Below are positions 13,066 to 25,269 of a stretch of 64,000 nt of DNA, piece after piece. How positions within the stretch are numbered: position 1 is the stretch's first letter; each line of letters begins with the position of its first letter. The notes under the pieces are model-generated. The model saw only the letters and a program-made list of their open reading frames with translations, made no database searches and was not told the DNA's origin. The stretch comes from Podarcis filfolensis. Lineage: Eukaryota. The stretch lies in the NCBI GenBank assembly GCA_964270895.1, contig OZ185444.1, one strand, 5' to 3'. The position numbers and the translations under genes were made by a program.

Positions 13066-13205
13066 CCCTTTAGTGCTATGGCTAGTGGCTGATGCAAATA
13101 AAGATTCTTCTCATTCTGCAGCTTCTCAGCAGTTACAATCTCGCCAGTCTAGAAGTAGTCTAGAATCCTGTTGTCGGTGAGGGGAAATCTAAGGCAAATC
13201 AGAAT

Positions 13206-13290
13206 ACAAGAGCCTGCTGAATGAGCCCAAAGGCCCACCTGGTCCAGCGTCCAGTTTTCACATAAGTGGCTCATGGGAAGCCTGAAAGCA
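13206..13290 (-). mobile_element. Squam3-type SINE 3' fragment
   Basis: aagagcctgctgaatgagcccaaaggcccacctggtccagcgtccagttttcaca is the reverse of the Squam3-type tail (compare 62195-62312). Confidence 0.55.
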
Positions 13291-13554
13291 TGGGACGCTT
13301 GAGCGCAACTTTCCCCACTTGTTCCTACAAATGCAGATCGGGTATTGTGTGGCACTTGTAGGTGTGCCAATCGAAGCGGCCGAGCAGCCACACCCAAGGC
13401 CATCTCACAGAAGTTTGAAATAGATAAAGGCCAAACTGCAGCGCCCTCGGGTTTTGCCTTTCCCTGCCAGGGCTTCTTATCTGCGGGTGCTCACTCTCTC
13501 CTGCAGGCCTGACAGGACTTGCCGGGCAAAGTTTTACTGCCTGCCCTCGCTGTA

Positions 13555-13769
13555 CAGTGGTACCTCAGGTTAAGTACTTAATTCATTCCGGAGGTCCGTA
13601 CTTAACCTGAAACTGTTCTTAACCTGAAGCACCACTTTAGCTAATGGGACCTCCTGCTGCTGCCGCGCCGCCGGAGCACGATTTCTGAAGCAAAGTTCTT
13701 AACCTGAAGCACTATTTCTGGGTTAACGGAGTCTGTAACCTGAAGCGTATGTAACCCGAGGTACCACTG
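13555..13769. mobile_element. Tc1/mariner-pogo-type MITE (215 bp) in the SLC25A17 promoter
   Basis: TA|CAGTGGTACCTCAGGTTA ... TAACCCGAGGTACCACTG|TA; internal TAACCTGAAG repeats. Confidence 0.92.
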
Positions 13770-13779
13770 TACACCCTTT

Positions 13780-14420
13780 TGACGCGGCTGCGCCTGCCCC
13801 TCCGCAAACCAGCCTGCTTCGAGCTGCTCTGCCCCTCTCACGTATTCCCCGCCCTCTCACTCATTGCGCGCCAGCCGTTGACGGAAGAACCCTTTTCAGC
13901 CAACCGAAACAGCCGTAAACCCCGTCAGCCGAAACCCGCGCGCCTGAGCCGGGAGTAAGGAGGACACGCCCCTTTCTGCTTTGCGGGGGGGGGGGGAGGG
14001 TGGCAGCCGGCGAATAGCGCTCCTTCTGCCGGGCGAGCCCTCCCACCTGCGCCGAGGTATTACGAGCCGCCGCCTGATAGGTGCGGAGCTGGCAGAAACG
14101 TCGCGGCGGCGCTGGAGCCACGTGACGCCGAGTGTCATGGAGCGGGGCGGTGACGGAGACGCCCGCTCTTCCTTGGCCAGCGCTTCCTTGGCTCCCGCGG
14201 CGCCGGAGGTTCAGCCATGGCCGTGGTGTTCTCTTACGAGAGCTTGGTCCACGCTGTGGCGGGGGCTGTGGTGAGTTTGACTGCTGCAGCGGAGGTGGTG
14301 CGTTAGTGGGGGCACCAGGGCTGGGCTTCGGGGGCTGCTGGGCTCACTCGCCTCGTGCAATACTAGGCTACGTGCTAAACTGCACCTGGTCGCCTTGGGA
14401 TGAGTATTCGGGGCAGAGAT
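13780..14420 (+). promoter_or_regulatory. CpG-island promoter of SLC25A17
   Basis: Abrupt GC/CpG enrichment spanning exon 1; E-box CCACGTGAC at 14118-14126; ETS-like CGGAAG at 13882. Confidence 0.85.
14217..14270 (+). CDS. SLC25A17: SLC25A17 exon 1: MAVVFSYESLVHAVAGAV
   Basis: gccATGg Kozak context, gtgagt donor, 54 bp; matches PMP34 N-terminus. Confidence 0.97.
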
Positions 14421-15379
14421 CCCCCCCCCACTCGCACCAATTTCTGCCTTAGTGGGTGCCTCTCAACTAGTCCATGTCGCTCCGAGTGAATACAAACGGC
14501 CACTGTATGATTGTGCGTGGCCCCAGTTAGTATAGTCCTCGTCGGTGGTGCCCTGCTAAATGAGGACGGGGAGGATTTTACCGCTTCTGTATTCCTCTCC
14601 CTCACGGTTTGTGGAGTGTGTGTATTGCTCTGATCGTTACTGTTACGGTGTGGTTATGGGGTAATTCTCCTCGCCCCTGGAATAGGATGCTACAGGTGAA
14701 CTGTCCTATCGGGTGCACGTTCTGTTGTTAAGCTATCAGTTTGATTGCCTATACTCGCCTGCCAGGGTTTTCTGCTTGGGATTAAAATGCCTGTCTGGGG
14801 ACAATCAAATGTCCAAACTTGCTGTTGAACTGCAGAAGCAAAATCAAAGAGGGACAGTGGTTCAGAAAGTGTAAAAGGGTTGGGGAATTGTCCTTTATGT
14901 TTCAGTCTCAGCTACAGGATCAATATTTGTAGTAACCTAGAAATAGGTTGCTTATACCCAATCACTCTGTGCTGTATTGGGATGCCAGGATTATCCTTTT
15001 TTTCTATCTTCCCTGCTTTTTCAGCTTTTTGTTCCACAACTGTCTAAATGGTATTTTCTTTGATACTAGTAATTTTGAGGCTAGATGCAGCTGGCAAACC
15101 TGACTCAGGTCAACTGCACAGATCTCTCGTACAAGATTAGGGCAGGTTACAACAATTTAAAATTCAATATTAAAAACAGATAAAACAAATGAAAATTAGT
15201 TACAAATACATATCCATAAAATGAGAATTCTCTGAATCTCGCGACTTCCCCCCCATCCCCTCCATGGGTCTTATTGTCCACATTTCCAGCTACATGTTAT
15301 TTCATAGTCTGTGTTTTGTATCTATCCATATTGTCGCAATAATAGGTTGGGTCCTGAAGACATACACTTCTGGTAACAA

Positions 15380-16120
15380 AGCCCAAGGTAAAAAGGTGTG
15401 CCTTTAACATTTGCCAAAAACTGCCCCACAAAGAGAGCATTCCAGTAATCACATGCGGAAGTTACCAGAGTGTGGAGTGCCGTGACCCAGTGATCTCTGT
15501 TCAAAAGGGACCATAGCTGGCAAACAAGATGGAGCTGGAAGCAGACACACCTAGCCACCTGGGTCTCAAGTGGCAATCCAGGAGTACCCCCAGTGACAAA
15601 CCTCCTTCCATAGGAGTGCAACCCTGTCAAGAGCAGGTCATCTTTTCACCTCCTGGACTTAAGAATTGAAACACATAACACCTCTGTTTTTTTTCTGGAG
15701 TCAGTTTTGATTTGTTGGCCCACATTCAGCCCATCACTGCCCCCAAACACCCATCTAGTACCTTGGCCACCTCTACTGATTCAAAGTTAACAAGGAGATA
15801 GAACTGGGTGTCATCTGCATATGGGTAACACTTCACTCCAAAACTATTGAAGACAGTTCATATAAATGTTAAATAGAATGGGGGAAAAGATGTGATCCTG
15901 GGGCACACCACAAGAAAGCTTCCATAAATTCCCCCACAACTGCTTTCTGCAAATAGCCTGGAGACAGAGGCAGAATCACTGAAGTACAGTGCCCCAGCCC
16001 CCACCTTCTTGAGCCACTTCAAAAGAATACCGTCATTAATGGTGTTGCAAGCCACCAAGGCCAATAAAAAGGAACAGGGTTGCACTCCCTCACATCTCTC
16101 AATGCAAGGTCACCTTCTCA
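15380..16120 (-). mobile_element. Decayed L2-clade LINE ORF2 fragment (RT and C-terminus)
   Basis: Minus strand gives NDGILLKWL..GAG.TVL, GVPQ....SPILFNIYM, YADDTQFYL and LHTLVTSACDYWNALFVG, with stops and frameshifts. Confidence 0.8.
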
Positions 16121-16967
16121 GTGAATGGTGCTTAGAGCCTAAGCTGGGGGTAGATGTAAATATCCCCCCACTCCCAGCCTGATAGCCCCTCGGTCAGCAA
16201 TGTTGGCTCACTCAGCAGCAGGCTTTATCTAGCTTCTAGGCATACTGTTTTATGTTTGCTGTCCTGTGCTCTTTTTGGGGAGGATGGATGAGATACAAAA
16301 AACACAGATTCATAAATATAAACAAGTTATAAAGCAATGGTCCCAATACACATGCAAGAGGGACATGGGCATGGCAGGCGGGCAGCTGGCCTCCCCAATC
16401 AAGTAAGTAAATAAGAATACTTAACCAACTGACTAATTGCATCACAGATAACTTGGATCTGCTCCCCAACCAGTGTTAGAAGCTGGGATAGAAAAGCTAG
16501 GAGCCAAATGGCTCTTGGGACCTGGGTTAAGGGCACCAAAACAGAATGTCTAGTCACCATTTTGGGGAGAGGGGGTTGCCCACACTTTTTATTTATTATT
16601 TTGATAAGCATGAACTAATACAGAGTTCACATTAGTGATACATTGTTAATATCACATTTTTAACATGTTTAATTTTGTGTTTACAAGAAAAATATTGGTA
16701 CCAAGCTTCAGTTTTCAAAGCACTCTACTCTTGTTAAACACCTTAACATATTGTCTATCCTTAACATATACTTCGTGGCTTCAAAACACATACATTTCAG
16801 TAATCCTTGAGTGTAAGCCAGGCACAAAAAATGGCACCTAGACTTTTTGAGGAGCTCACAAATAGAAACTCTTTAGGCACAAAATGCACCTGGCACCCTG
16901 CTAATTTTGAATCCTGTCCCCAACGTAAAACCTTCCCCCCCAATAAATCCTGGCTACACCCATGATG

Positions 16968-17050
16968 GGGGACCCCATTTCTTACATCTTTCCATTGTGA
17001 GAACTGGCAATTTATCCCTGCATGCTGCTTCCTACTTAACTGATTAAAAA
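16968..17050 (-). mobile_element. CR1 LINE RT fragment
   Basis: Minus-strand RKQHAGINCQFSQWKDVRNGVP resembles the CR1 RT segment QRVGINGQFSQWREV.SGVP. Confidence 0.6.
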
Positions 17051-18175
17051 GTCTCTCGCAGAAATTGCTACTTGTCTTGAAATTATCTTCACAGCCACAA
17101 AGGCTATACATTCTTTGAGAAATGTGGTCCTCAGGATTCTAGCAGACACCAGAGTCTTTATTGAAAACCAGATACTGTAGTTCTTGGAACTGAGCAGATT
17201 TCCCCCCTGTACTTTGTCCATAACATTCTGTTATCACTGGGATAGGATACATTTGTAAATAATAAACTTTGTGGGACGACTTGTCCTCAATATACAGCTT
17301 AATACTTTTACATTGATGCCTGCAGCCTTAGTACTGAGAGGATCAATTAGTTTGTGTAACTTGTTGAAGGTGCAGTCAATCATTACTAGTCTTCATCTAC
17401 CCATCCCACTAATACATTGTTCAGACTTGTAAAGGTGGAGCAGCAATTGGAGTGAAGTTGAGCTGTTTTATTTGCCCACTGACGAGGCTTTCAGAGCAAC
17501 ATTTTAATTTCTTTAAAGACTTTATAGGATTTAAAACACAAATTTCAAGCCCTTCCCTAACCATGTCTGAGAAGTCTTGATAATTCATAAAGAAATTAGG
17601 GTACTTTCTGCTCCAAATAGCGGCTGCTTAGATATGTGTTAAATGCAAATTGGTGTTGTTTAGTTGGGGGTGGGGCTGCCCCTAAGTCCTTTCCACATGA
17701 GAAGGATCTGAATTTTTGAAGAATATAACTTGGGAGTGCCATAACATGCATATGGAGCCTAACCTAAACAAATAAAGAAAACACATTTACAAATGTGTCC
17801 CACTTGCCTGCATTAAGGCTACTTTCAGAACCAAGTGCAGGGGAAAGCTGGCTGTGCCCTCCAGATGTTTTGGGCTCCATTCAACTCCAGGCCAGCATGA
17901 CCAGTGGTCAGGGATGATGAGAACTGTAATTCAAAGTGAAAGTAAAACTCATAGTTATCAAATGGAATTTTCTTTTCCTTGTCAATTTTTAAAGACTTCA
18001 GCTGTTTATCTTGCAAAAACCTGCGTTTTTAACAAGAAGTTCATTCAAATACAGAAATACTTCAAGGCTTTTTTGCTCAGATATTTGTTAATCATTGTTC
18101 TAGCTTTATTACAGATTTGTAAAAAACAACAACCATGTGGTACAGTAAAGTTAAATTTATTTTTAAACTTTTTAG

Positions 18176-18236
18176 GGTAGCATGACTGCAATGACTGTGT
18201 TTTTCCCCCTGGATACAGCTAGACTAAGACTTCAAG
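18176..18236 (+). CDS. SLC25A17: SLC25A17 exon 2: GSMTAMTVFFPLDTARLRLQ(V)
   Basis: tttag/gtaagc, 61 bp; carrier signature PLDTARLR. Confidence 0.97.
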
Positions 18237-18944
18237 GTAAGCAAAGATGTACTAAGTAATCTAAGAAATAAAGATATTCATCTGGGCCCATAAGAAAATG
18301 TCAAAATCAATATTCGGATAATGCCTTCATTAGGTCAACAATAATAGTGTGGAATCTTTCTTCAGAACTTTTAACCAGGCTAGATAGTAAAAGTAGAGTG
18401 GAGGGAGCTAACGAAGTTGGCTTATAGAATCTATGTCTGGTCAGTCTTGAAATGATGTGTAGGACGCGAAACCAGATAGTCAGATGAAGCTCTGATAGGT
18501 TCTTCAGGTTTCAGACTGCACCTTCAAAGCGTCTTGAGACTGACCAGATGCATCCTCCTTGACTTCACCAACAACCAACTTTTTTTGCCCCTCTCGCATG
18601 TACTCTATTGACTATCTAACCCTATGATGAACAGTTGGATCTTCCCCACCCCATACATGCCATCTTTTGATGGGTGGCTGGGAGCATAATGATGTCAGGT
18701 GACATCACTGTCAAAGTTCCAAGGAGGTTACTGTAATTGCCAGTCAGTGGATTATGGATTATTGTTGCAACAACCTCCTTTGAAGATGCACTTTCAGTGC
18801 CAATCAGCTGATACAAAGTTCTGAGGAACTCAAAAGTTTGCACACTATTTTGTGATGTTCTGCTTGCACTAATCAATGTATTGCCCTACTATTCAAATAT
18901 ATGTTATGTTTACCCTTTGTGTACAATGTCTTATTGTCTTCCAG

Positions 18945-19011
18945 TTGATGAAAAACGCAAATCTAAAAGAACCCACAAAGTTCTCTTGGAGATAATAAAA
19001 GAAGAGGGCAT
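18945..19011 (+). CDS. SLC25A17: SLC25A17 exon 3: (V)[21 protein letters not shown](I)
   Basis: ttccag/gtaagt, 67 bp. Confidence 0.96.
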
Positions 19012-20097
19012 GTAAGTATAGAACCTTGTAACAAGCAGTATGTGAATATTTACAAATGTTGAGCGTTCATCACATCTTTGTCCCTCTACTTCACATATTG
19101 TAGTTTCTTAATTTGCCCAATATTTGAGGGGTATTGAGTTTCACACTAAAATGTATGAGCTCCTTTGCAACGAAGCTTTAAAAAACCAGAGTGCAATCTT
19201 TTTTAGTCACAAAGGCTTAAGTCTTTTTGGGTCATCTTAAGGCAAACTCCTTCATTAGAAAGGGGAGAGTCCAGTGATTAATAGCAGGCCTTTCTATAGC
19301 CTCTGTAACTCTTGTTGCACATAAAACGTGTAGAAACCAAGGGCATGCTTTTGAAAACCAGTCCTTTCAAATACTAATTAGAAACTTGGTGCCACAGATT
19401 GTAATTTGGAAGCGGGAGGAGGGAGTCCAGTCCTTGTCCTTTTGTGACCTAAAAATGATTGGTTGAAAAATGGGAATTACTTAGAAAGTACAGTACAAGC
19501 AAGTTGATGTCATATTTGTATTGTAATTCAAAACACTGTAAAAACAAGGGATCAGCTATTCCCGTGGTAGCAAATACCGCTGCAATACCGTTCCATCCTT
19601 TGGAAAGGGCTGAAACACCTGTCAGAACCAGTTCCCCCAACCAGCCAGATGCTTCTGGACACATGCAGGCATCTTTAAGGCCCTCAGTGTGAACTGAATA
19701 ATTTTCTTAATTATTATAGGGAACAGTTGTAGTAACTGTCAGTTTAATAAGCATGCATAATATGACAAGGAACTATTTCTGCTAGGGAACCTTGGGACAC
19801 TGGTACTGTTGTTTCTTCCCATCCTGTCCATCAGTAAAACGTCTCTAGTTATTTGCACATTTATTCAGAAGTAAGTAGCACCAAATTCATTTAGAGTTAT
19901 TCCCAAGTAAGTTTGTGTAGGATTCTGATCGTTAAAATACACTTTGTTGTACCTGCTTATAAATACTTGTTTTATTTTGTAGGCAAACGCTATGACTTCC
20001 CAGGTTCTGGATTAGGCTGCAGATGCTGTTGCTTTATTTCTTGCTTATTTGGTGATTGCATGATAGTTACTTTTTGCTTTTATTGCTTGTTCCTTAG

Positions 20098-20249
20098 CCT
20101 GGCACCATATCGAGGGTGGTTTCCTGTCATCTCCAGCCTTTGTTGTTCCAACTTCGTCTATTTCTATACATTTAACAGTTTAAAAGCTGTTTGGGTCAAA
20201 GGACATCATTCAACCACAGGAAAAGACTTGATTCTTGGGATGGTTGCAG
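20098..20249 (+). CDS. SLC25A17: SLC25A17 exon 4: [50 protein letters not shown](G)
   Basis: ccttag/gtaata, 152 bp. Confidence 0.97.
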
Positions 20250-20866
20250 GTAATAGAATCCTATCAGTTGTGCTACAAATCTGCTAAGATTTTAAGGGGT
20301 TGAACCAGTTTATTACATTCCCTGCATGCACTTTTTATGCTACCTATGCTACCTTATTATTATAATTAATATTACTCAAATGCATGTAACTTGTAGTGGA
20401 TAGAAAAACATACTGGTAGGTAAAATCTAAACCTGACACACAGCCTCTTGAAGCATTACTTTTAAAAAATAATTTGCCATTTCTGATCTTCATTAAGAAG
20501 TACATGATTCCATGACCTAGATGAATGTGGGAGGCTTGCGTCAGTCCAGGGAAGTTATTTGTGAGCACTAAGGTGTGTACCTGTTATGAAAATAAACTTG
20601 CTTTTCCTGCTTGCTTAAGCAATTTGTGAGTATCCTCACAAGGCATTCTGCCAGCTATTAGTATGGTGCAGAAATTAGAGCAAAATCCTCAGTATAAGAT
20701 TTCAGAATGTGTGTCTTCTGGGGTTTTTTTGGGGGGTGGGGGGATTGTACTTTTCTATATATCTTAATTATTTTGTACATTGGATCATTTTTGTACATGA
20801 AGATTCAACCTGCTTTTTAAAATGTTAGGGCTCTTTTTACTCAACTTTTTGTTTGTGTTGTCTTAG

Positions 20867-20983
20867 GTATTGTGAATGTATTGTTGACTACTCCACTCTG
20901 GGTAGTGAATACACGTCTGAAACTCCAGGGGGCCAAATTCAGAAATGAAGACATTGTGCCGACTAACTACAAAGGCGTTGCAG
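20867..20983 (+). CDS. SLC25A17: SLC25A17 exon 5: (G)[38 protein letters not shown](D)
   Basis: tcttag/gtaggc, 117 bp; PLWVVNTR variant signature of PMP34. Confidence 0.97.
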
Positions 20984-22701
20984 GTAGGCATTTGTTGTCA
21001 TTTCTGTTAGTTTGCATTGGTACTTTTTAGTAGATTTGTGGACTGAAGGCTTTCATTTACAAAATGGATGCTATGGTTCAGTTTTGCTGTTCAGTTTATA
21101 GATACAACCACTTTTAAAACAGTGAGCTATTAGATAATCAGGAAAGACACATAACAGTAAGAAAGTTTATAGTGTATTACTCTGAGATGGGATGAGTCTA
21201 ACTGTAACTGAAATTAGACATGTGTGCCAGCATATCCAACACTGACTCAGCCATCACTCTTTTCTGTTCTCCTATGCTCAATCCAGTCTCTACCCTTTTA
21301 AAAATGAAATCAGAAAGTGCCACATAAATATTAATACGTTTAATAGTCATCTGTCCCCAACTTTTTTTTTTAATGAAATGGGGTTGGTTTCCAACAATGT
21401 GATCCCAGTAGCGCAATGACTTCATCTTCTCTGTGTATGCAGTCTAAGGCCCCCAAATAAGTCCTGGGGTTTCCCCCAACTCGCTGGAGAAGATTTGGGG
21501 AGGAGTGTGGGGAGAGGAGAGGGAGTGGACTTTCCTTTAGTACAGGCAGAAGTCCTTGTGCTAACTGGACAATCAGGATACAGCCCTGATAGTTTAAATT
21601 TCAAAACAGCTTAGAAATGGGAGGGAGGTTTCTTGGTGGTGTTTTATTGGTGGGAAAACTGCCAATCAGTATTGGAATCAGGACTCCTACATTACCTGTT
21701 GTTGTGTTCAGAGTTTTTGAAAGTATGGTTGCCATGATTACATTACAAAACACGTTCCATTACAAAACATGTCCTGGGTGAACTAAGTGATTGCTGCGTG
21801 TGATAAAAATGCTCACCGTAGTATCTTATCATTTCACTTAGTCCCCATAACTGTGTGAGAATATATTAGAGCAACATCTTGGGGCCTGGGATGGATTAAG
21901 AGGATGAGCAGAATATGTGAAATGACATAGCTTAGACTGCAAGATTGGGTTCAGCTGCAAGCTTCTAGTACAGAAAGTGATTGGGAAGAGAGAATACCAT
22001 GTTTACTCTGATGTAAGTCACAATTAATTAAAACAGAACTTACCCAAGTAAGTGTGCATAGCACTGCCAATTCCAGTGCATGTGGCTTGATATATTTATT
22101 TGCTTTACTATATCGGACATCCTTTGCTTTTCGTACCAAGATAGTTGTAAAAAAACAACAAAATATAAACAGTTTTTTTGAAGTGAACCCACTCTTGGCT
22201 CTCCAGGCAGGCAGTGCTTTTAAATGCACATGGACTGTGTATGTGTGTTTTCTTCAGGTGGTTTGTGCCAAAGGACAAGCTGTGTTACCTTTTTGTACAT
22301 ACGTGTGTGAGAAGAGTGGGAAGAGAGAGGTAACAATGAACTGGATAACTGTTGCAGGCACTAGATGGTGAAGCTTTGGCAGGGTCTGTGAGGGAAGAGA
22401 GGAGAAGCCCAGAGGAAGGGAGATAGGTAGGTTTTTGGGAAGCCCAGAGGAAGGAAGGCAGGGAAGAAACTGCCCAGAAGGACCTTGTCATAGTCAGATC
22501 TTGGTCCTCAATGAGACCAATACATCAATGAGACCAATAGAAAAGAAAAGAAAAATATTCCTCATCCCTGGATTACAAGTTGATAGGCAAAATATGCAAT
22601 TTGTTTCTTCCTCTGTGCGCAAACTGTTGTTGAATATTTAAGATCCCTGTATCGTAAATATTCTTAAAAAATTCCCGCTTCTTCTTTATCCTTCCCATTA
22701 G

Positions 22702-22847
22702 ATGCCTTTCATCAGATAATAAGAGATGAAGGAATCTCAGCTTTGTGGAATGGTACTTTTCCTTCGCTGCTCCTGGTATTCAATCCTGCCATACAGTTCA
22801 TGTTCTATGAAGGGCTTAAGAGGAAGATTCTGAAGAGGCAACTACAG
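22702..22847 (+). CDS. SLC25A17: SLC25A17 exon 6: (D)[48 protein letters not shown]
   Basis: cattag/gtgaga, 146 bp. Confidence 0.97.
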
Positions 22848-22998
22848 GTGAGATTCCAAGGCCTGCAAATAATTTAGTTGAACTCTGACTTTAAACGTTG
22901 GTCCTATGAAACCTTTTCCTTTATTCACTTTGTTAAATTCATATATTGCTAGATTTCTTTCTGCAGCCATATAACCTTTTCTTTATTTACACTTACAG

Positions 22999-23094
22999 CT
23001 TTCTTCGATAGATGCATTTGTTATTGGAGCAATAGCCAAAGCGATCGCTACTACGCTCACTTACCCTATGCAGACAGTACAGTCCATTTTACGG
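22999..23094 (+). CDS. SLC25A17: SLC25A17 exon 7: [32 protein letters not shown]
   Basis: ttacag/gtgggt, 96 bp. Confidence 0.97.
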
Positions 23095-23358
23095 GTGGGT
23101 ATCCATTGCACCAGATCACTTTCATTTTACTGTTTCTTTATACAGTTGCCTTTGGCCAGTGTTCCAGAACTCAAATTGACAAACATCTATTCCATCTTAA
23201 TTTGTTGCTGTGGTTGAAGAGCACACCTTCTCTTAACTAAGTCTAGAAAGCTCCTTGAGTCATAATCACTCTAACTGAATGGGCAAGAAACTGCGGCAAA
23301 TGTGAGGTTACACTTCTGATTGTAAACAAAAGCATATTTCTTTCGGGGGAAATGAGTA

Positions 23359-23600
23359 CAGTGGTACCTCGGGTTACATACGCTTGAGGTTACACACGCT
23401 TCAGGTTACAGACTCCGCTAACCCAGAAATACTGCTTCAGGTTAAGAACTTTGCTTCAGAATGAGAACAGAAATCGTGCTCCAGCAGCGTGGCAGCAGCA
23501 GGAGGCCCCATTAGTTAAAGTGGTGCTTCAGGTTAAGAACAGTTTCAGGTTAAGTACGGACCTCTGGAACGAATTAAGTACTTAACCCGAGGTACCACTG
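23359..23600. mobile_element. Tc1/mariner-pogo-type MITE (242 bp), inverted relative to the 13555 and 43674 copies
   Basis: TA|CAGTGGTACCTCGGGTTA ... TAACCCGAGGTACCACTG|TA. Confidence 0.92.
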
Positions 23601-24077
23601 TAACTGTTTTAGCGTCTTGTGTTCTAACTGCATAACATATGCTCTCCATATTGGATGCTCTGGGCAACTTTTCCTACTTCTTAGAATACATAACTACTTA
23701 GCACTTAGGCTAGATTTCCCAGTTGGCTCTCTGCATAGACATTGTATGTGGGAAAAGTCTGACAACCCCATATTCTTTTGCTTAGAGAGGACATCTTTAT
23801 TCTACCACTGCGACCACTCCAGCCATAATGAAAATGCATAATTTTAATGTGTATGGCTTTGTTTGGTCAATATTTAACATATTTTGGGGTGAGGGGAGAC
23901 TGCAAGCTGCTCTGACCTGAGCAAGAAACATATTATTTAGCACTGAACAATTGGATATGGGAGAACGATTTGAATACAGGGCTGGATCACTGATTGGAGA
24001 TCAGGCATTGTAAATAGAAATTAGGAGAAAATAAAGCAGGAAAAGTTGCTCATTGATTCATTTTGTCTCCTTTTCAG

Positions 24078-24160
24078 TTTGGACGTCACCACCTGAACCC
24101 AGAAAACAGGAGACTAGGCAGCCTTAAGAATGTTATCTACCTTCTTCGACAGAGAATAAA
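24078..24160 (+). CDS. SLC25A17: SLC25A17 exon 8: [27 protein letters not shown](K)
   Basis: tttcag/gtaagc, 83 bp. Confidence 0.97.
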
Positions 24161-25121
24161 GTAAGCTTTGTCTTTATTTTATCCATATATATCTTAATAT
24201 TGTCCTCTACTGTATCAACATCCTGATAATCTGCCCTAAATAGCTGTATAATTTTTATTTAATAAAAAGTTGACCTTTAAAGCACTAAAAGGGTCATACG
24301 AGATCAATAATCCTCTTTATGAAGACTTTTTGATCTAGTGTGATGGAAATATTAAGCAAGCCGGGTCATTATTTTCCAAATATAATAGTCACTGCTAAGT
24401 TTACCACTTAATTTATCTATTTTCCCCTACTCTGCATTTGCACTCAACAGGCATGTTAGGCAGCTTATAATGATAAAACTACAATGTAACTTGCAGCAGC
24501 CTTATGATGAAATTATGGGTATTCATTGTAGTGCTAGGAAAATCCTTGTACGAGCAGAGTGATTTCCAGTTGCACAACAGGGCTCCCGCTAAATTTGTTT
24601 GGGAGGTTCACCCACCCCTCTGGAGCAGAGGTCATTTTGGAGACTATTTTCCAGGCACCCCCACCATCTGAGGTACAGATAGAGCTTCTCATTGGTGGAA
24701 TTCCTTCAACAGAAAGGCTCACCTGATACTGTATTAGATTGGTATATAAAATGTATTATACTGGTATATAAAACACCCTAGAAGCTTTGAGAACAGATAG
24801 TACATAAATAATTTAAAAAAATAAACAGGCTTTTCACTTACCAGTAGTTTGAGATTTGGGGGAAAGCAGCAGATGAGAGAAGGGTTAAGCATTCTTCTGT
24901 CGGACACTTTTCTCCTGTAAATCATGCTCCCCCCGCCAGCACTCTCTTTGAAAAGAGGACCAGTAGCACTTGGAGGAAGAACGTTTCAATCCTAGGTAGT
25001 TTTAATAGTTGGTGGTGGAGGCAAGAACAGACATACTTTATGATGTCCTGGCATTGTATGCCATTTTCCCTATATTTGTAAAGTACTTTCTTACCATATG
25101 CTAAATCTGTTTTCTCGATAG

Positions 25122-25269
25122 GCGCTTTGGATTAGTAGGTCTCTACAAAGGCCTTGAAGCAAAGTTGCTCCAAACAGTCCTCACTGCTGCACTGATGTTC
25201 CTGGTCTATGAAAAAATTACTGCTGCTACTTTCACAGTCATGGGATTAAAACGTTCACTTAGGAACTGA
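25122..25269 (+). CDS. SLC25A17: SLC25A17 exon 9: [48 protein letters not shown]
   Basis: gatag acceptor, TGA at 25267-25269; nine exons sum to 924 nt = 307 aa, the length of human PMP34. Confidence 0.97.

Noticed and set aside
13555-13769. Regularly recurring TAACCTGAAG motifs resembling a CRISPR-like array
   Set aside because: Eukaryotic MITE subterminal repeats with irregular, non-unique spacers
13861-14605. Cluster of 76-106 aa ORFs
   Set aside because: CpG-island artefacts; only the 54-nt SLC25A17 exon is supported
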